From NCBI GenBank assembly GCA_027490975.1, contig JAIXXA010000145.1, positions 5,723 through 69,722 of the forward strand: 64,000 nt of DNA, written 5' to 3'. The notes under the pieces were generated by a model. The model searched no databases and had not been told where the DNA came from. It saw only the letters and a program-made list of their open reading frames with translations. Positions 47,909-60,450 of this stretch are shown here, piece by piece. Source of the stretch: Rhodospirillaceae bacterium. GTDB taxonomy: Bacteria > Pseudomonadota > Alphaproteobacteria > CACIAM-22H2. The stretch's first letter is position 1, and every line of letters begins with the position of its first letter. The position numbers and the translations under genes were made by a program.

Positions 47909-49933
47909 ATGTCGTTTTTTGCCTCGCTCAACAGCAATTTTCGTATCGGAACGCGTATCGGCGCCGGGTCCGCTCTCATTCTGGCCCTTCTCGCCGCCGT
48001 GGCTCTATTCGGCTGGAAAGGCTTGACCGACACCGAAGCGCTCTTCCTGCGCTACAATACCGTGAGCGGCAACACGATCCGCATGGGCGACGTCGATGCC
48101 GACTTCCAAAGGTTGCGGCGCTTTGTTCTGCGCTACGCCGACGGCGGCGCCAGCGCCGACCGCGCCGGCATCGAAAAGACCGCAGCATCGATCCGCGAGG
48201 CTCTCGCCGCATCGATCGCTGCGATCATTTCCGAAGAACGCCGCGCGATCGCGCGCGAAGCACAGGCGGCCTTCGAAGAATACATGCGCAATCTCGACCG
48301 GCTCTACCAGCTGCGCGACGCACGCGAAGCTGCCGTCGAGCGCGGCATGAACGAGCTCGGCCTGCAGGCGCGTACGGCGCTCACAAATGCGATCGACGGC
48401 GCCATTGCGGCCGGCGAATACCGCGCAGCTTCCTATACCGGAAAAGCGCAAGAGCAGCTCGGCCTGTTCCGCCTCAACGCGCTGCGTTACCTGATCAAGC
48501 CGGACCCGGCCTTGATCCAGACGGCCGAGCGCCAGATGAACGCGCTGAACCTGCATCTGGCGCAGGCGCGCGACGCGGCAACGGGCGAGCGCCGCGCGCT
48601 GGTCGAGCAGGCCGCCGCAATCGTCCCGCGCTATCTCGCTTCTTTCCGCCAAGCGACGGAGGCGGTGCGCGCGATGGACGAACTCGTAAACACGACCAAT
48701 GCGCAGGTTGCCGCGCGCGTGGGCGAGCGCATCGACACGCTGAAGGAGCGCCAGAAAACCGCGACGACGCAGATCGCTGCCGACGCAGCCGATGCGGTGC
48801 ATGCGAGCGTTACGACGATGCTGACTCTGTCGGTCGCGGCCCTCGTTCTGGGGCTGCTGGCCGCGTATGCGATCGCCAAAGGCATCACGGGGCCAGTCGG
48901 CGCCATGACGGCGGCGATGGAGCGTCTCGCGGGCGGCGATCTCGGCACCGAAGTTCCGGCCAAGGCCAACAAAGACGAACTCGGCACGATGGCGCAGGCG
49001 GTGCAGGTGTTCAAAGACAACGCCATCCGCGTCAAAGCGCTCGAAGACGCGCAAGCGGCCCTCGAAGCCAAAGCTGCGGCCGAGAAAAAAGCCGCCATGG
49101 CCGCCCTCGCCGACCGTTTCGAGGCCGAAGTGGGCACCGTCGTCGCCGGCGTGTCGCATGCGGCCGAACAGCTGCAGGCATCGGCCGGTGCGATGTCGGC
49201 CATCGCCGAAGAAACAAGCCGGCAGGCGACCGCCGTTGCCGCCGCATCCGAGCAGGCTTCCAGCAACGTGCAGACGGTCGCCTCGGCGGCCGAGGAGCTG
49301 TCGAGCTCGATCACGGAGATTTCGCGCCAGGTCGCTGAATCGAGCCGCATCACGGCCCAAGCGGTCGAAGATGTCCGCCACACCGGCGAAACGGTCGAAA
49401 CGCTGGCCTTGGCGGCGCAGAAGATCGGCGACGTCGTGAAGCTCATCTCCAGCATCGCCTCCCAGACAAACCTGCTCGCGCTCAACGCCACGATCGAAGC
49501 GGCGCGCGCGGGCGACGCCGGCAAGGGTTTTGCCGTCGTCGCGTCGGAGGTCAAAAACCTCGCGAGCCAGACGGCAAAGGCGACCGACGAAATCGGCGGC
49601 CAGATCGCCGAGATCCAGACGGCGACGGGTGCCTCGGTCGAAGCGATGCGCGCGATCGGCCAGACGATCGCCAAGATGAACGAGATCGCCACCGGCATTG
49701 CCTCGGCCGTCGAAGAACAAGGGGCGGCGACGCAGGAGATTGCGCGCAACGTTCAGCAGGCGGCCGCCGGCACAAACGACGTGTCGTCGAACATCGCGGG
49801 CGTGACGCAGGCCGCCAGCGAAACCGGTGCGTCCGCAAGCCAGGTCAAAGACGCGGCTTCGACGCTGGGCACGCAGTCCAGCGATCTGCGCCGTTCGGTT
49901 GCGGGCTTCCTCACGGAGGTGCGCGCGGCCTGA
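47909..49933 (+). CDS. Methyl-accepting chemotaxis protein (periplasmic helical sensor, HAMP, MCP signalling domain)
   Basis: TM1, about 290-aa periplasmic region, TM2, HAMP, signalling hairpin ([15 protein letters not shown]); start at internal ATG MSFFASL. Confidence 0.85.
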   Translation: MSFFASLNSNFRIGTRIGAGSALILALLAAVALFGWKGLTDTEALFLRYNTVSGNTIRMGDVDADFQRLRRFVLRYADGGASADRAGIEKTAASIREALAASIAAIISEERRAIAREAQAAFEEYMRNLDRLYQLRDAREAAVERGMNELGLQARTALTNAIDGAIAAGEYRAASYTGKAQEQLGLFRLNALRYLIKPDPALIQTAERQMNALNLHLAQARDAATGERRALVEQAAAIVPRYLASFRQATEAVRAMDELVNTTNAQVAARVGERIDTLKERQKTATTQIAADAADAVHASVTTMLTLSVAALVLGLLAAYAIAKGITGPVGAMTAAMERLAGGDLGTEVPAKANKDELGTMAQAVQVFKDNAIRVKALEDAQAALEAKAAAEKKAAMAALADRFEAEVGTVVAGVSHAAEQLQASAGAMSAIAEETSRQATAVAAASEQASSNVQTVASAAEELSSSITEISRQVAESSRITAQAVEDVRHTGETVETLALAAQKIGDVVKLISSIASQTNLLALNATIEAARAGDAGKGFAVVASEVKNLASQTAKATDEIGGQIAEIQTATGASVEAMRAIGQTIAKMNEIATGIASAVEEQGAATQEIARNVQQAAAGTNDVSSNIAGVTQAASETGASASQVKDAASTLGTQSSDLRRSVAGFLTEVRAA

Positions 49934-50244
49934 GGCGCCGAGCCGTCGCCGTCGCGATCGCGTATTCGTCGGCGCTTTATACGGAACATCCACGTCCGCA
50001 AAGAGACCAGTTCTTTACAGAGAGTTAACGCGGATACCTTTGATCGAATTCGAACATATTCTTCTTGCAATTCGATCCAAGAGCGGAAATAACTTAGCTC
50101 TCTCTGACTGCATTAGAATATCATACACACCCAGAAAGTAGCCGCAATGGTTGGCCAGTCGGTACCCGCCAGGTCGCCGAGCAGTCGCCAGAAAATGGCG
50201 ACGCCTATCCGGCGTGCGCTGGGAACCGCGCGGTACTGCGTTGT

Positions 50245-52380
<2,136 letters not shown>

Positions 52381-52507
52381 CCGCGCGCCGTTCGGCACCT
52401 GCCGCAGCATGCGAATGTATGCTGCACGCGCCGGAAAAGTCTGGCGCGGCGCGCGTCGGGGAGGCTAAGAATGTCTCTTTGCCGAGACATCTCCGAGAGA
52501 GCGGCAC

Positions 52508-53026
52508 GTGGAGTTCGACGACGTCATCGACCATCCGGATCTGCTGGCGCTTTACCGCCATTGGCGGGCGCTTGCCCGCGGCGCCACACCGCCGCGTGCG
52601 GCCTTCGACCCCTTCGCGATGCCACGCTTGATGCCGAATCTGTTTCTGATGGATGTTCTGCCGGACGGCGGCTTCCGGTACCGGCTGGTCGGAACCGCCA
52701 TCGACGCGCATCTGGGCGTTTCGTTCACCGGGCGACGGCTCGACGAAGTGCGCGCGGGCAAAACGCGCGACGACCTTGCCCATCTCTTCGCAACCGTGGC
52801 GAACGAACGCCGCCCCGGCTACTACGCCTCGCGCCTTGCGAGCGAGACGAACGCCCATGCCAGCTACCGACGGCTCGTGCTGCCGCTTGCGGCAGCCGAC
52901 GGCTCGGTGGCCGTGCTGCTCGGCGGCTTCTGCGTCGTATGGGCGAACGAGAGTTTGGATCCGATGCGCATCACGTCGTTCGCCAACGCGCCCGAAATCG
53001 GCGGCACGCTGATGTTTCGGCGGTAG
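52508..53026 (+). CDS. PAS_5-type small protein, paralog 3
   Basis: GTG start; same family as 12341/13026/60733. Confidence 0.55.
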   Translation: MEFDDVIDHPDLLALYRHWRALARGATPPRAAFDPFAMPRLMPNLFLMDVLPDGGFRYRLVGTAIDAHLGVSFTGRRLDEVRAGKTRDDLAHLFATVANERRPGYYASRLASETNAHASYRRLVLPLAAADGSVAVLLGGFCVVWANESLDPMRITSFANAPEIGGTLMFRR

Positions 53027-53091
53027 GCGTCGACGCGTCCGCGCAGCCGAAAACAACAAAATTTTTTCGTATAAATCAGCCGCACATCGAC

Positions 53092-53547
53092 ATGCATCTT
53101 TGGCCGATGGGGGCATTGAATCTGCCGATCTCGAACCACATATACAGCGATGTTCGAGAAAACACCGTCGAGGGTCCCTCTTCCCTCTGGCATACGCGAA
53201 ACGGGAATTGGGTGCCGATGTTCGAAGCTTTTTTTGGCGCGCTCGACGCGTCGCTGCCTTGGCTCATGGCGATCGCCGCAGCGGCGATACTGACCGGAAA
53301 CCATTTTGCGCGCGCCGTTCTCGTCGATTACGGCCTGTCGCTGCGCGCGCGCCAATATGCCGGCCTGGGATGCGCGACGGCCGCTTTGGCGATGTGGTCG
53401 GGCATCACGTCGTGCCATGCGACGACGGGTTTGATCGCCGTTCTGATCGGCTTGAGCGTCAATGCGATCCGCCTCAATCGCTTTGCACATGCGACCGCTT
53501 CGAGCGTGTTTGCGGCCACCCTCGTGCCTGTCGTGGCCGTGTCGTGA
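53092..53547 (+). CDS. Hypothetical membrane protein (3-4 TM)
   Basis: Hydrophobic segments; TATAAAT-like -10 in AT-rich upstream DNA; competing out-of-frame ORF 53100..54317. Confidence 0.35.
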   Translation: MHLWPMGALNLPISNHIYSDVRENTVEGPSSLWHTRNGNWVPMFEAFFGALDASLPWLMAIAAAAILTGNHFARAVLVDYGLSLRARQYAGLGCATAALAMWSGITSCHATTGLIAVLIGLSVNAIRLNRFAHATASSVFAATLVPVVAVS

Positions 53548-54317
53548 ACGGCGCGCGTCTCTTCTTCCCGGCCGCCTGGCCGCTCGATTCCTTCGCCGTG
53601 CTCGATGCGATGCGCCCGCTTTACCAGGCCGGCGCCAAAAAAATTACGCGCTATCCGCTCAAGCATCTTCGCTACTGGTTCATGCGCCACCTGCTCGAGC
53701 AGAAGGCGGCGAAACTGGGGCGTCCGCTCTCGGTCCTCGAAGTGGGCGTCGATCGCGGGCAGATGCTCGCTTTCATGGGCGGCCCGGCGCGCAAAGCCGC
53801 GCTGATCGAACGGTGGGACGCGATCGACGTCGCGCCCGCGCACGAGATGCTGGCGCGCGTCGGTTACGACGACGTTCGCACCATGAACGTCGATGCCGGC
53901 GCCGATCCGCATCTCGAGCGGCGCTACGACGTCATGATCTTTCTGCATCTGCTGGAACATCTGCATGCGCCCGAGCAATGCTTGGCGCGTTTCCAGCAGT
54001 ATCTCCCGCGCGGCGGCACGATGATCGGCGGCAGCCCGACAATGCCGCGCTTGGTTGCCGATGCGGGCTACGAGCAGCGCCTTGCCCGTCGGGCGCGGCC
54101 TTTCGGGCACGTGAGCGTCCTGTCGCCCGAACGCATCGACAGCTTCGCCGAACAGGCCGGCCTGCGCGTGGCTTTCATGTCGGGAGCGTTCTTCATGCGG
54201 CGCCAGGGCAGCCGGCTCGAAAATTCGCGGCTGTGGCTGCGCGCGAACCTGGCTTTTGGCGGACTTTTTCCGTCGCTCGGCAGCGAAATCTATTTTGCGC
54301 TCGAGCGCGCCGAATAG
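53544..54317 (+). CDS. SAM-dependent methyltransferase-like protein
   Basis: LEVGVDRGQ motif-I-like; GTGA overlap with preceding ORF; start uncertain. Confidence 0.5.
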   Translation: MNGARLFFPAAWPLDSFAVLDAMRPLYQAGAKKITRYPLKHLRYWFMRHLLEQKAAKLGRPLSVLEVGVDRGQMLAFMGGPARKAALIERWDAIDVAPAHEMLARVGYDDVRTMNVDAGADPHLERRYDVMIFLHLLEHLHAPEQCLARFQQYLPRGGTMIGGSPTMPRLVADAGYEQRLARRARPFGHVSVLSPERIDSFAEQAGLRVAFMSGAFFMRRQGSRLENSRLWLRANLAFGGLFPSLGSEIYFALERAE

Positions 54318-54330
54318 CGCCGGAACCGGC

Positions 54331-54376
54331 TGCCAAGCCCGCCGGGGCTCGAACCCGGAACCTCGACCTAAAAGAG
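54331..54376 (-). repeat. Diverged copy of tRNA 3'-end segment (T-arm + acceptor, no CCA)
   Basis: agcccgccggggctcgaacccggaacc… aligns with copies at 60451 and 63985. Confidence 0.5.
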
Positions 54377-54394
54377 CAATTGCCGCGGCAACGG

Positions 54395-55300
54395 TCAGGC
54401 CTCGCTGGCGGTGCGATCGAGAAGCTGGTTGAGCCGCTCATTCGCCTCGGTCGTGAGGTTGATGTGCGAGCGTCGCTTGTCGCGCGGATCCTCGTGGCGC
54501 ACGATCAGCCCTGCTTCGACCATGTCCTGCACCCGGCGCAGCGCCGTCGTCTGGCTGATGTTCGCTGACATGCACAAGCCCGACACCGACGTCGCCTTGC
54601 CGCTTCTTTCGAGAAGTGCGAGCTCCAGAAACATGAACCAAGCAGGATCCCCGAACATCTCCTGCGGCAGCAGCTCCGATCGCTGGTTGCGGAAACGGAG
54701 CAGCGATCTGAGGGTATCTATCCGACGTCGCTCGCGGCTCTCCGGCGTCTCCGCGCCGCGGCCCGACTTGGCGAGGCCCGACTTGGCGAGGTCCGACTTG
54801 GCGAGGTCCGGCGCTGCGCTGCCCGGCGTCGGGGCAAGCAGAAGCGCGCGCAGTGCCGAAACCGCCGTATCGTTGGCGTTCGACGATTCGACGGCGCGTC
54901 GGTAGTTCGAAACGGCGGCGGCGACCACGGCAAGCGCCTCGTCGGGCTCGAACGGCTTTTGCAGATACCTTGCGACGCGCAGATCGATGGCCTCGATGGC
55001 GCTCGATATCTCCGGAAACCCCGTCATCAGGATCAGCGCGCACGCAGCGCCGCGATCGCCGCACCGCCGAATCTTCTGCAGAAAACCGATGCCGTCCTGC
55101 AGCGGCATTCGGATGTCGGAAACGACGACGCCGATGCGGTCGTCCTTGAGAAAACGTTCGAGTCCCTGCGAGGCGCTGATTGCGCCGACGGCGTCGAAAC
55201 CGGCAGCGCACAGCGCAAAGACGAGTTCTTCGACGGCCGACTCCTCGTCGTCGACAACGAGGATCTTTACGGCGTCGTCGGATTGCTGGCTTTTCTGCAT
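54395..55300 (-). CDS. Response regulator: REC domain, repeat linker, MarR-like winged-helix
   Basis: REC residues (VVDDEE, VVVSDIRMP, ILMTG, LQKPF); C-terminal wHTH (…CMSANISQTTALRRVQDMVEAGLIVRH…). Confidence 0.75.
   Translation of the reverse strand: MQKSQQSDDAVKILVVDDEESAVEELVFALCAAGFDAVGAISASQGLERFLKDDRIGVVVSDIRMPLQDGIGFLQKIRRCGDRGAACALILMTGFPEISSAIEAIDLRVARYLQKPFEPDEALAVVAAAVSNYRRAVESSNANDTAVSALRALLLAPTPGSAAPDLAKSDLAKSGLAKSGRGAETPESRERRRIDTLRSLLRFRNQRSELLPQEMFGDPAWFMFLELALLERSGKATSVSGLCMSANISQTTALRRVQDMVEAGLIVRHEDPRDKRRSHINLTTEANERLNQLLDRTASEA
54762..54810. repeat. 3 x 15-nt tandem repeat (cccgacttggcgagg) inside the REC-wHTH gene, encoding LAKSD/LAKSG repeats
   Basis: Seen directly in the DNA. 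Confidence 0.7.
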
Positions 55301-55324
55301 GCTTCGAAACTCGTCGAGAGGATG

Positions 55325-57475
55325 CTATGAGGCAAGCGTTGCCGCACCGACGGCGGTGCGTATCGGCAGCGACACCACGAAACAGGCGCCGCGATCGCCA
55401 TTCGAAACTTCGATCGTTCCTTTCAGGCTTTCGACCGTCGCACGGCAGATGGCCAATCCAAGACCGGTGCCGCCGGTGCCGGACCGTGTGGTGAAAAACG
55501 GCTGAAAGACGTTCGCGATGATGTCGGCAGGAATGCCCCCGCCGCTGTCTTCGACGAAAATCCGCACGATCTCGGGCGCCAGCGGATCCGCTTCCATGCG
55601 GATTCCGACGATGTCCGGCGCGCGCGCGCGGGAACCGGGAATCGCCTTTCCTTCCGAGCGGCTTCTCAGAATGGCATCGTAGGCGTTTGCCAGCAGATTC
55701 ACGAAGACCTGTTCGAGTTCGATGCGGCTGCATTCCAGTTCGCACGCGACGTCCGTCTCGACGATCAGATGGATACCGTCGATCCGAAACTGCTCTTCGT
55801 ACATGCCGATGGCCGCGTGTATCGCATCCGACAGCTTGGCAAGCTCGACGACGTTTCTGTCCTGCCGAATGAGCGAACGAAAACGCGTGAGGATGCTTCC
55901 CGTGCGATGGATGTTTTCGACCGCTTTGCCGGCGCGCGCGAGGAGGTCTTCCTTGGGCGCGCCCCGCTCGATAAGCGTGGTCAGGTTCGCAAGTCCGAGC
56001 CGGACCACGTTCAGCGGCTGGACCATCTCGTGGTTCAGCGTGGCCGCCAGCCGCCCGAGCGACGCCAGCTTTGCGGACTGGATGAACATCATCTCCTTGG
56101 CGCGCAATTCGGTGTTGTCGATGCCGACCCCGATGAATCGGACCGTCGAATCCACTGCTGTCTTGCTCTGCGTCCAGCTCCACATGATGTCGCGCCGCAG
56201 GCTCGAGGAATCGTTCGGGGTGAACGAAGACTCGAAACGCACCGGATACTCTTCGGCGGATCGAATTCGGCTGAAATGCCCGACCTGGTCGGCTGCGAGG
56301 CCGCCGGCCGCGACGACCGAGTCGAAGGGCCGCCCGACCAGATCGCCGCGATCCGCGACGCCGAACATCACGGCAAACGCCGAATTGCAGGCCGCAATCT
56401 GGCCGGCGGCGTCGGTCTGCACGAGGGCCGCACCGCAGCCGTCCATGATCCCGATGAGGTCCGCCGATTGCTGTTTCTGCAAGGCGGCAAGCGCATCGCC
56501 CACCCGGGCCCTGTCCTGCGCGCGCAAGAACTTCTCGAACAGAACGGCGAGGCCGATGACGAAGGCGGCCGAAAGGAAACCGATCGTCAGATAGAGACGG
56601 CGCTGCTCGTAGAAGTCGGCAAACACGGCATCGGTGTTCTTGCCGACGAGAACCGTCAGCGAAATGTCGTCCAAGCGTCGGAAGGCGAAGATCCGTTCCA
56701 CCGTGTCCAGGCGACTGACGGCTCGAAACGTCCCTTCCGACGCAACCTTGACCAACGCCTCGACTTCGAACCCGGCGATCGAGCCGCCGATGAACTGCCG
56801 CCCAGGACCGCTCGGCGCGCGCGCGCGGATGATGCCATCCAGCCCGAAAAGATTGACGAGCGTGTTGTTCGGCTCGCCCAGAACTTCGAGGAAGTTCGAA
56901 AAAAGCTGGGGGTCGACCGAAACGACGACCACGCCCAGAAACGGGCCGCCCGCGTAGCGCACCGGTCGGCTGATATTCAGCGACAAGCGCCCGGACGCGC
57001 GCCCGACAAGCGGTTTGCTGATGAACATGCGATCGGCGTCCGTGTCGCGATGCACGCTGAAATGCTCGCGATCCGACAGGTCGACGCCAATGCTCGAGGC
57101 GTTTTCGGTGGTGGCCAGCAGCTTGCCGTCCGCGCCGATCACGGCGATCTGGAACAAGGGCTCGCGCAGCACGCCCCGCCGCGCCGACCATGTCGAGATG
57201 TCGGCCGGCGGGCCGTCGTCGAGCACTTCCTCGCGAAGGAGCAGCAGCACCTGGTCGAAGCGCTGCAGCAGATTCCGGGTGAAAACCTCGAACAGCTGCG
57301 CCTCGTATTTCGCCTGAAGAACGGCGCGGCTTTCGAATTCGCTTTCGGCGCGCTTGGTCAACCCGATCGCGCCAAGCAGGATCGCGGCAGACAGCGACAC
57401 GGCGATCGCCAGCAACGTGAGCAGACGCCCCGATCCATTGGCCAAGGGTGCGAAGGATTTGTGCATTGCGTTCAT
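55325..57475 (-). CDS. Membrane sensor histidine kinase with periplasmic Cache-like domain and PAS
   Basis: TM-periplasmic-TM topology; H-box NHEMVQPL; N, G1, G2 boxes intact. Confidence 0.8.
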   Translation of the reverse strand: MNAMHKSFAPLANGSGRLLTLLAIAVSLSAAILLGAIGLTKRAESEFESRAVLQAKYEAQLFEVFTRNLLQRFDQVLLLLREEVLDDGPPADISTWSARRGVLREPLFQIAVIGADGKLLATTENASSIGVDLSDREHFSVHRDTDADRMFISKPLVGRASGRLSLNISRPVRYAGGPFLGVVVVSVDPQLFSNFLEVLGEPNNTLVNLFGLDGIIRARAPSGPGRQFIGGSIAGFEVEALVKVASEGTFRAVSRLDTVERIFAFRRLDDISLTVLVGKNTDAVFADFYEQRRLYLTIGFLSAAFVIGLAVLFEKFLRAQDRARVGDALAALQKQQSADLIGIMDGCGAALVQTDAAGQIAACNSAFAVMFGVADRGDLVGRPFDSVVAAGGLAADQVGHFSRIRSAEEYPVRFESSFTPNDSSSLRRDIMWSWTQSKTAVDSTVRFIGVGIDNTELRAKEMMFIQSAKLASLGRLAATLNHEMVQPLNVVRLGLANLTTLIERGAPKEDLLARAGKAVENIHRTGSILTRFRSLIRQDRNVVELAKLSDAIHAAIGMYEEQFRIDGIHLIVETDVACELECSRIELEQVFVNLLANAYDAILRSRSEGKAIPGSRARAPDIVGIRMEADPLAPEIVRIFVEDSGGGIPADIIANVFQPFFTTRSGTGGTGLGLAICRATVESLKGTIEVSNGDRGACFVVSLPIRTAVGAATLAS

Positions 57476-57701
57476 GGGGCCCCGGCCATCTCGATGCTGT
57501 TGTCTCTATCCCATGACAATAAAATCAACATCTTCTACCGGGACAGAACGACCCATGTCGATCCCCGTCAAAGTTCAGATTGGAATCCAAACTGAACCAG
57601 ACTGTTCTGTCGGCCGGTTCAAAGTGCGACTAGCGTGCTTAACAAGCGATTAACGGCGTGTCGGCGCGATTTGGCGCAACAAGCGGGATGGGCGTAGTCA
57701 G

Positions 57702-58640
57702 ATGTCGAAACAGATGCTGAAACCAGACACCGACGGCGCAAGCGGCCCAGGCGCAAACGGTGAAGCGCAATTGAAGCTTCGGATGGGCATCCGGCGCCTG
57801 CGCCCTGCGCTTTCGTCGGCCCGCGCCGGCGCACAGGCCAACGCCCGGGCGGCGCCCGCCCCTGTGTCCGACGAGGCGAATGCTGCGCTGATTGCCGCCA
57901 AGAATGCGGCCGAAGCCGCCAACCGAACCAAAGCAGCCCTGCTTGCCAACATGAACCACGAGCTTCGCGCGCCGCTGAACGCGATTCTCGGCTTCTCCGA
58001 AATTCTCGCCGACAACACCGTCGTCGCGCACGGACCGCTTCAGGTCGCCCGGCAAACCGAATTCGCCGGCCATCTGAACAACGCCGGCCACCAGCTTCTC
58101 GACATCGTCGAAAGCATCCTCGACCTTGCGACCATCGAAGACGAAGCGCGCGACATTCGTCCTTCGCCGACTTGCCTGGGCGGCCTCGTCGCGGATGTGG
58201 TGGCGCGGCTGCAGCCGCTCGCGTCGCAATTCGGCGTGCAGATTCGCACCGACCTCGATGCCGATCTGCCGAACTGCGCCATCGACGCCGCCCGCATCCG
58301 CCAGGCGCTTCGCAGCGTCGTCGACAACGCAATCAAGTTCTCGAACAGAAACGGCACGGTGACTGTCGCGGTCTCGCGCTCGAACGCGGCCAATGCCGTC
58401 GTCACCGTTTCGGATACCGGCGTCGGGATCGGCCCGGCGGACATCGCCGACGTCTTCCGCGAGTTTCACCATGGCGATTCGTCGTTCACGCGACGGTACG
58501 ACGGCGCCGGGCTCGGCTTGACCTATGCGAAGAAGTTCGTCGAACAGCACAAGGGCCGCATCACGCTGGCGAGCGAACGGAACGTCGGCACCACCGTGAC
58601 GATCGAATTGCCTTTCGTCGCCGCGACGCAAGAAGGATGA
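57702..58640 (+). CDS. Soluble histidine kinase (HisKA + HATPase)
   Basis: H-box NHELRAPLNAI; N, G1, G2 boxes intact; low-complexity N-terminus. Confidence 0.8.
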   Translation: MSKQMLKPDTDGASGPGANGEAQLKLRMGIRRLRPALSSARAGAQANARAAPAPVSDEANAALIAAKNAAEAANRTKAALLANMNHELRAPLNAILGFSEILADNTVVAHGPLQVARQTEFAGHLNNAGHQLLDIVESILDLATIEDEARDIRPSPTCLGGLVADVVARLQPLASQFGVQIRTDLDADLPNCAIDAARIRQALRSVVDNAIKFSNRNGTVTVAVSRSNAANAVVTVSDTGVGIGPADIADVFREFHHGDSSFTRRYDGAGLGLTYAKKFVEQHKGRITLASERNVGTTVTIELPFVAATQEG

Positions 58641-59071
58641 GCGAAATGGCGACGCCAAGCTGCAGAGTGCTGATCATCGACGACGACGCAAGCTGCGCCG
58701 AAGAATTGTGCCTGCTGCTCTCGGCCGCGGGCTTCCCCACCGAACACGAACTCAGCGCGGCCGACGGCATACGCCATTTTCTGCGCGATCCGAGCGTGCG
58801 GGTCGTCGTTTCGGACATTCGCATGCCGGATTGCGACGGGGTGCGGCTGCTCGACCAGATCCGCAGTTCGGGCGTGCGCGGCCTGGACGCGACCGTGATA
58901 CTGGTGACCGGACAGCCGGATCTCCACACCACGATCGACGCGCTCAATCTTGGCGCGTCTGCGATGCTGATGAAGCCGCTCGATCCGGTCGAGATCGTCA
59001 GCGCGGTTTCCAAGGCCGTCGACATCCAGATGGAGCTGGTGGACTCACTTCAGCCGAAGAAGGTCTCGTGA
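58637..59071 (+). CDS. Single-domain response regulator (CheY-like)
   Basis: ATGA overlap with HK; LIIDDD, VVVSDIRMP, ILVTG, LMKPL. Confidence 0.8.
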   Translation: MSEMATPSCRVLIIDDDASCAEELCLLLSAAGFPTEHELSAADGIRHFLRDPSVRVVVSDIRMPDCDGVRLLDQIRSSGVRGLDATVILVTGQPDLHTTIDALNLGASAMLMKPLDPVEIVSAVSKAVDIQMELVDSLQPKKVS

Positions 59072-59877
59072 TCTTGTCCGCGTCCGGGCCGAGACATGCC
59101 GCGCATTGCGATGCGCCATCCCAACTCGACGGCGGCGGGGACGCGCATGCGGACGTTTCGGCTTCCAAAGCGCGGCTTCTTTCGCGCTTGATCGACGAAT
59201 CGCAGGCGCCTCTGAACGCAATCATCCGGCTCTCGGCGGTCCTTCTGGACAAGGCCGACGCGCCGTCCGCAATCGGCAGTCTTTGCCGGACGGACGATCT
59301 GATCGCGCACATAAACACCGCCGGCAACCAGCTTCTCGACCTTCTCGAGAACGCCGCCGACATTGCGCAGATCGAAGACGGTCGATTGCCGCCCGCATTC
59401 AGGTCGCTGTGCGTAAACGACCTGATCTTGGATGTCGTCGGACGACTGGCGCCGATGTCCGAGCAGTTCGGGATTCCGGTTCAGATGTCGCTCGATCCCG
59501 ATCTGCCCTGCTGCATGATCGACGCGGTGCGCATGCGATGCGCGCTGCGAAGCGTGATCCGCAATGCGATCGAATTCTCGAAGCCCAATGGCGTCGTCGA
59601 CATCTGGACAACCCGGTCTGCCGAACGCGGAATTGTAGTTACCGTCGCCGATCGAGGCATCGGCATTCCCGATAAAGATCTCGAAGAAATCTTTCTGCCG
59701 CTTCATCGCCGTGTTCCTGCCGCCGCGGAATGTCCTCTCGGGCCGGGGAACGGGCTCGTTCTGGCGAAGAGGTACATCGAATACCATCGGGGAAACATCT
59801 GGTTGACGAGCAAGCCGGGGATCGGAACGACGGTCGAAATCGATCTGCCGCATGTCGCGCCGAAGCGCTGGGAGTGA
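59068..59877 (+). CDS. Histidine-kinase-like paralog with H-box His replaced by Asp (pseudo-HK)
   Basis: LIDESQAPLNAI versus MNHELRAPLNAI in the paralog 1.4 kb upstream; ATP-lid N and G1 boxes retained; GTGA overlap. Confidence 0.7.
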   Translation: MILSASGPRHAAHCDAPSQLDGGGDAHADVSASKARLLSRLIDESQAPLNAIIRLSAVLLDKADAPSAIGSLCRTDDLIAHINTAGNQLLDLLENAADIAQIEDGRLPPAFRSLCVNDLILDVVGRLAPMSEQFGIPVQMSLDPDLPCCMIDAVRMRCALRSVIRNAIEFSKPNGVVDIWTTRSAERGIVVTVADRGIGIPDKDLEEIFLPLHRRVPAAAECPLGPGNGLVLAKRYIEYHRGNIWLTSKPGIGTTVEIDLPHVAPKRWE

Positions 59878-59883
59878 CGTGCC

Positions 59884-60414
59884 GTGACCGCCGATTCCTG
59901 CAAGGTGCTTGTCGTCGACGACGATGCGAACTGCGCGGATGAGTTATGTCTTTTGCTTGCCGCAGTCGGCATCCAGACCATGAGCGCTCATTGCGCGGCA
60001 GACGGCATCATCAAATTTCTCGACGATTCGACAATCCGCGTCGTCGTGTCCGACGTTCGGATGCCCGATTGCGACGGCCTCGAACTTCTTGAGATGGTCC
60101 GCTTGTGCCGCGAACGCGGCGGCGGTGCCAGCTTCATTCTCGTCACCGGGCATCCCGAAAAGCTCACGAGCCGCGAGGCGTTGGAGCGCGGCGTGTCGGA
60201 TGTGCTGCTGAAACCGCTCGATCCGGTCCGTGTCGTCGACGCGGTCGCGCGCGCGGTCGCGCTGCAGACGGGGGCGACGCGCCGGACCGAAGACCGGGCT
60301 CGGACTGCGGAGATGGCGCGCGAGTTCCGCAATGCAGGAGCGGTCGACGATGTTCTGCTCGACGACGTCCTGGCCGCATTGAAAAAAATTCTGCGCGACG
60401 ACAAGCGCCACTGA
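59884..60414 (+). CDS. Response regulator (REC with about 50-aa C-terminal extension)
   Basis: GTG start; VLVVDDD, VVVSDVRMP, ILVTG, LLKPL. Confidence 0.75.
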   Translation: MTADSCKVLVVDDDANCADELCLLLAAVGIQTMSAHCAADGIIKFLDDSTIRVVVSDVRMPDCDGLELLEMVRLCRERGGGASFILVTGHPEKLTSREALERGVSDVLLKPLDPVRVVDAVARAVALQTGATRRTEDRARTAEMAREFRNAGAVDDVLLDDVLAALKKILRDDKRH

Positions 60415-60450
60415 GACGGGACAGCGCGCACCGGATATCCGAGCGAAGGT

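Noticed and set aside
48005-49993. 662-aa minus ORF
   Set aside because: Antisense to the MCP gene
53100-54317. 405-aa ORF reading through the membrane-protein region into the methyltransferase
   Set aside because: The N-terminal 150 aa are Arg/Cys-rich frame noise; preferred split into membrane ORF 53092..53547 plus methyltransferase 53544..54317, though this remains uncertain
54438-57191. 917-aa minus ORF
   Set aside because: Out-of-frame with the REC-wHTH and Cache-HK genes, which have proper motifs
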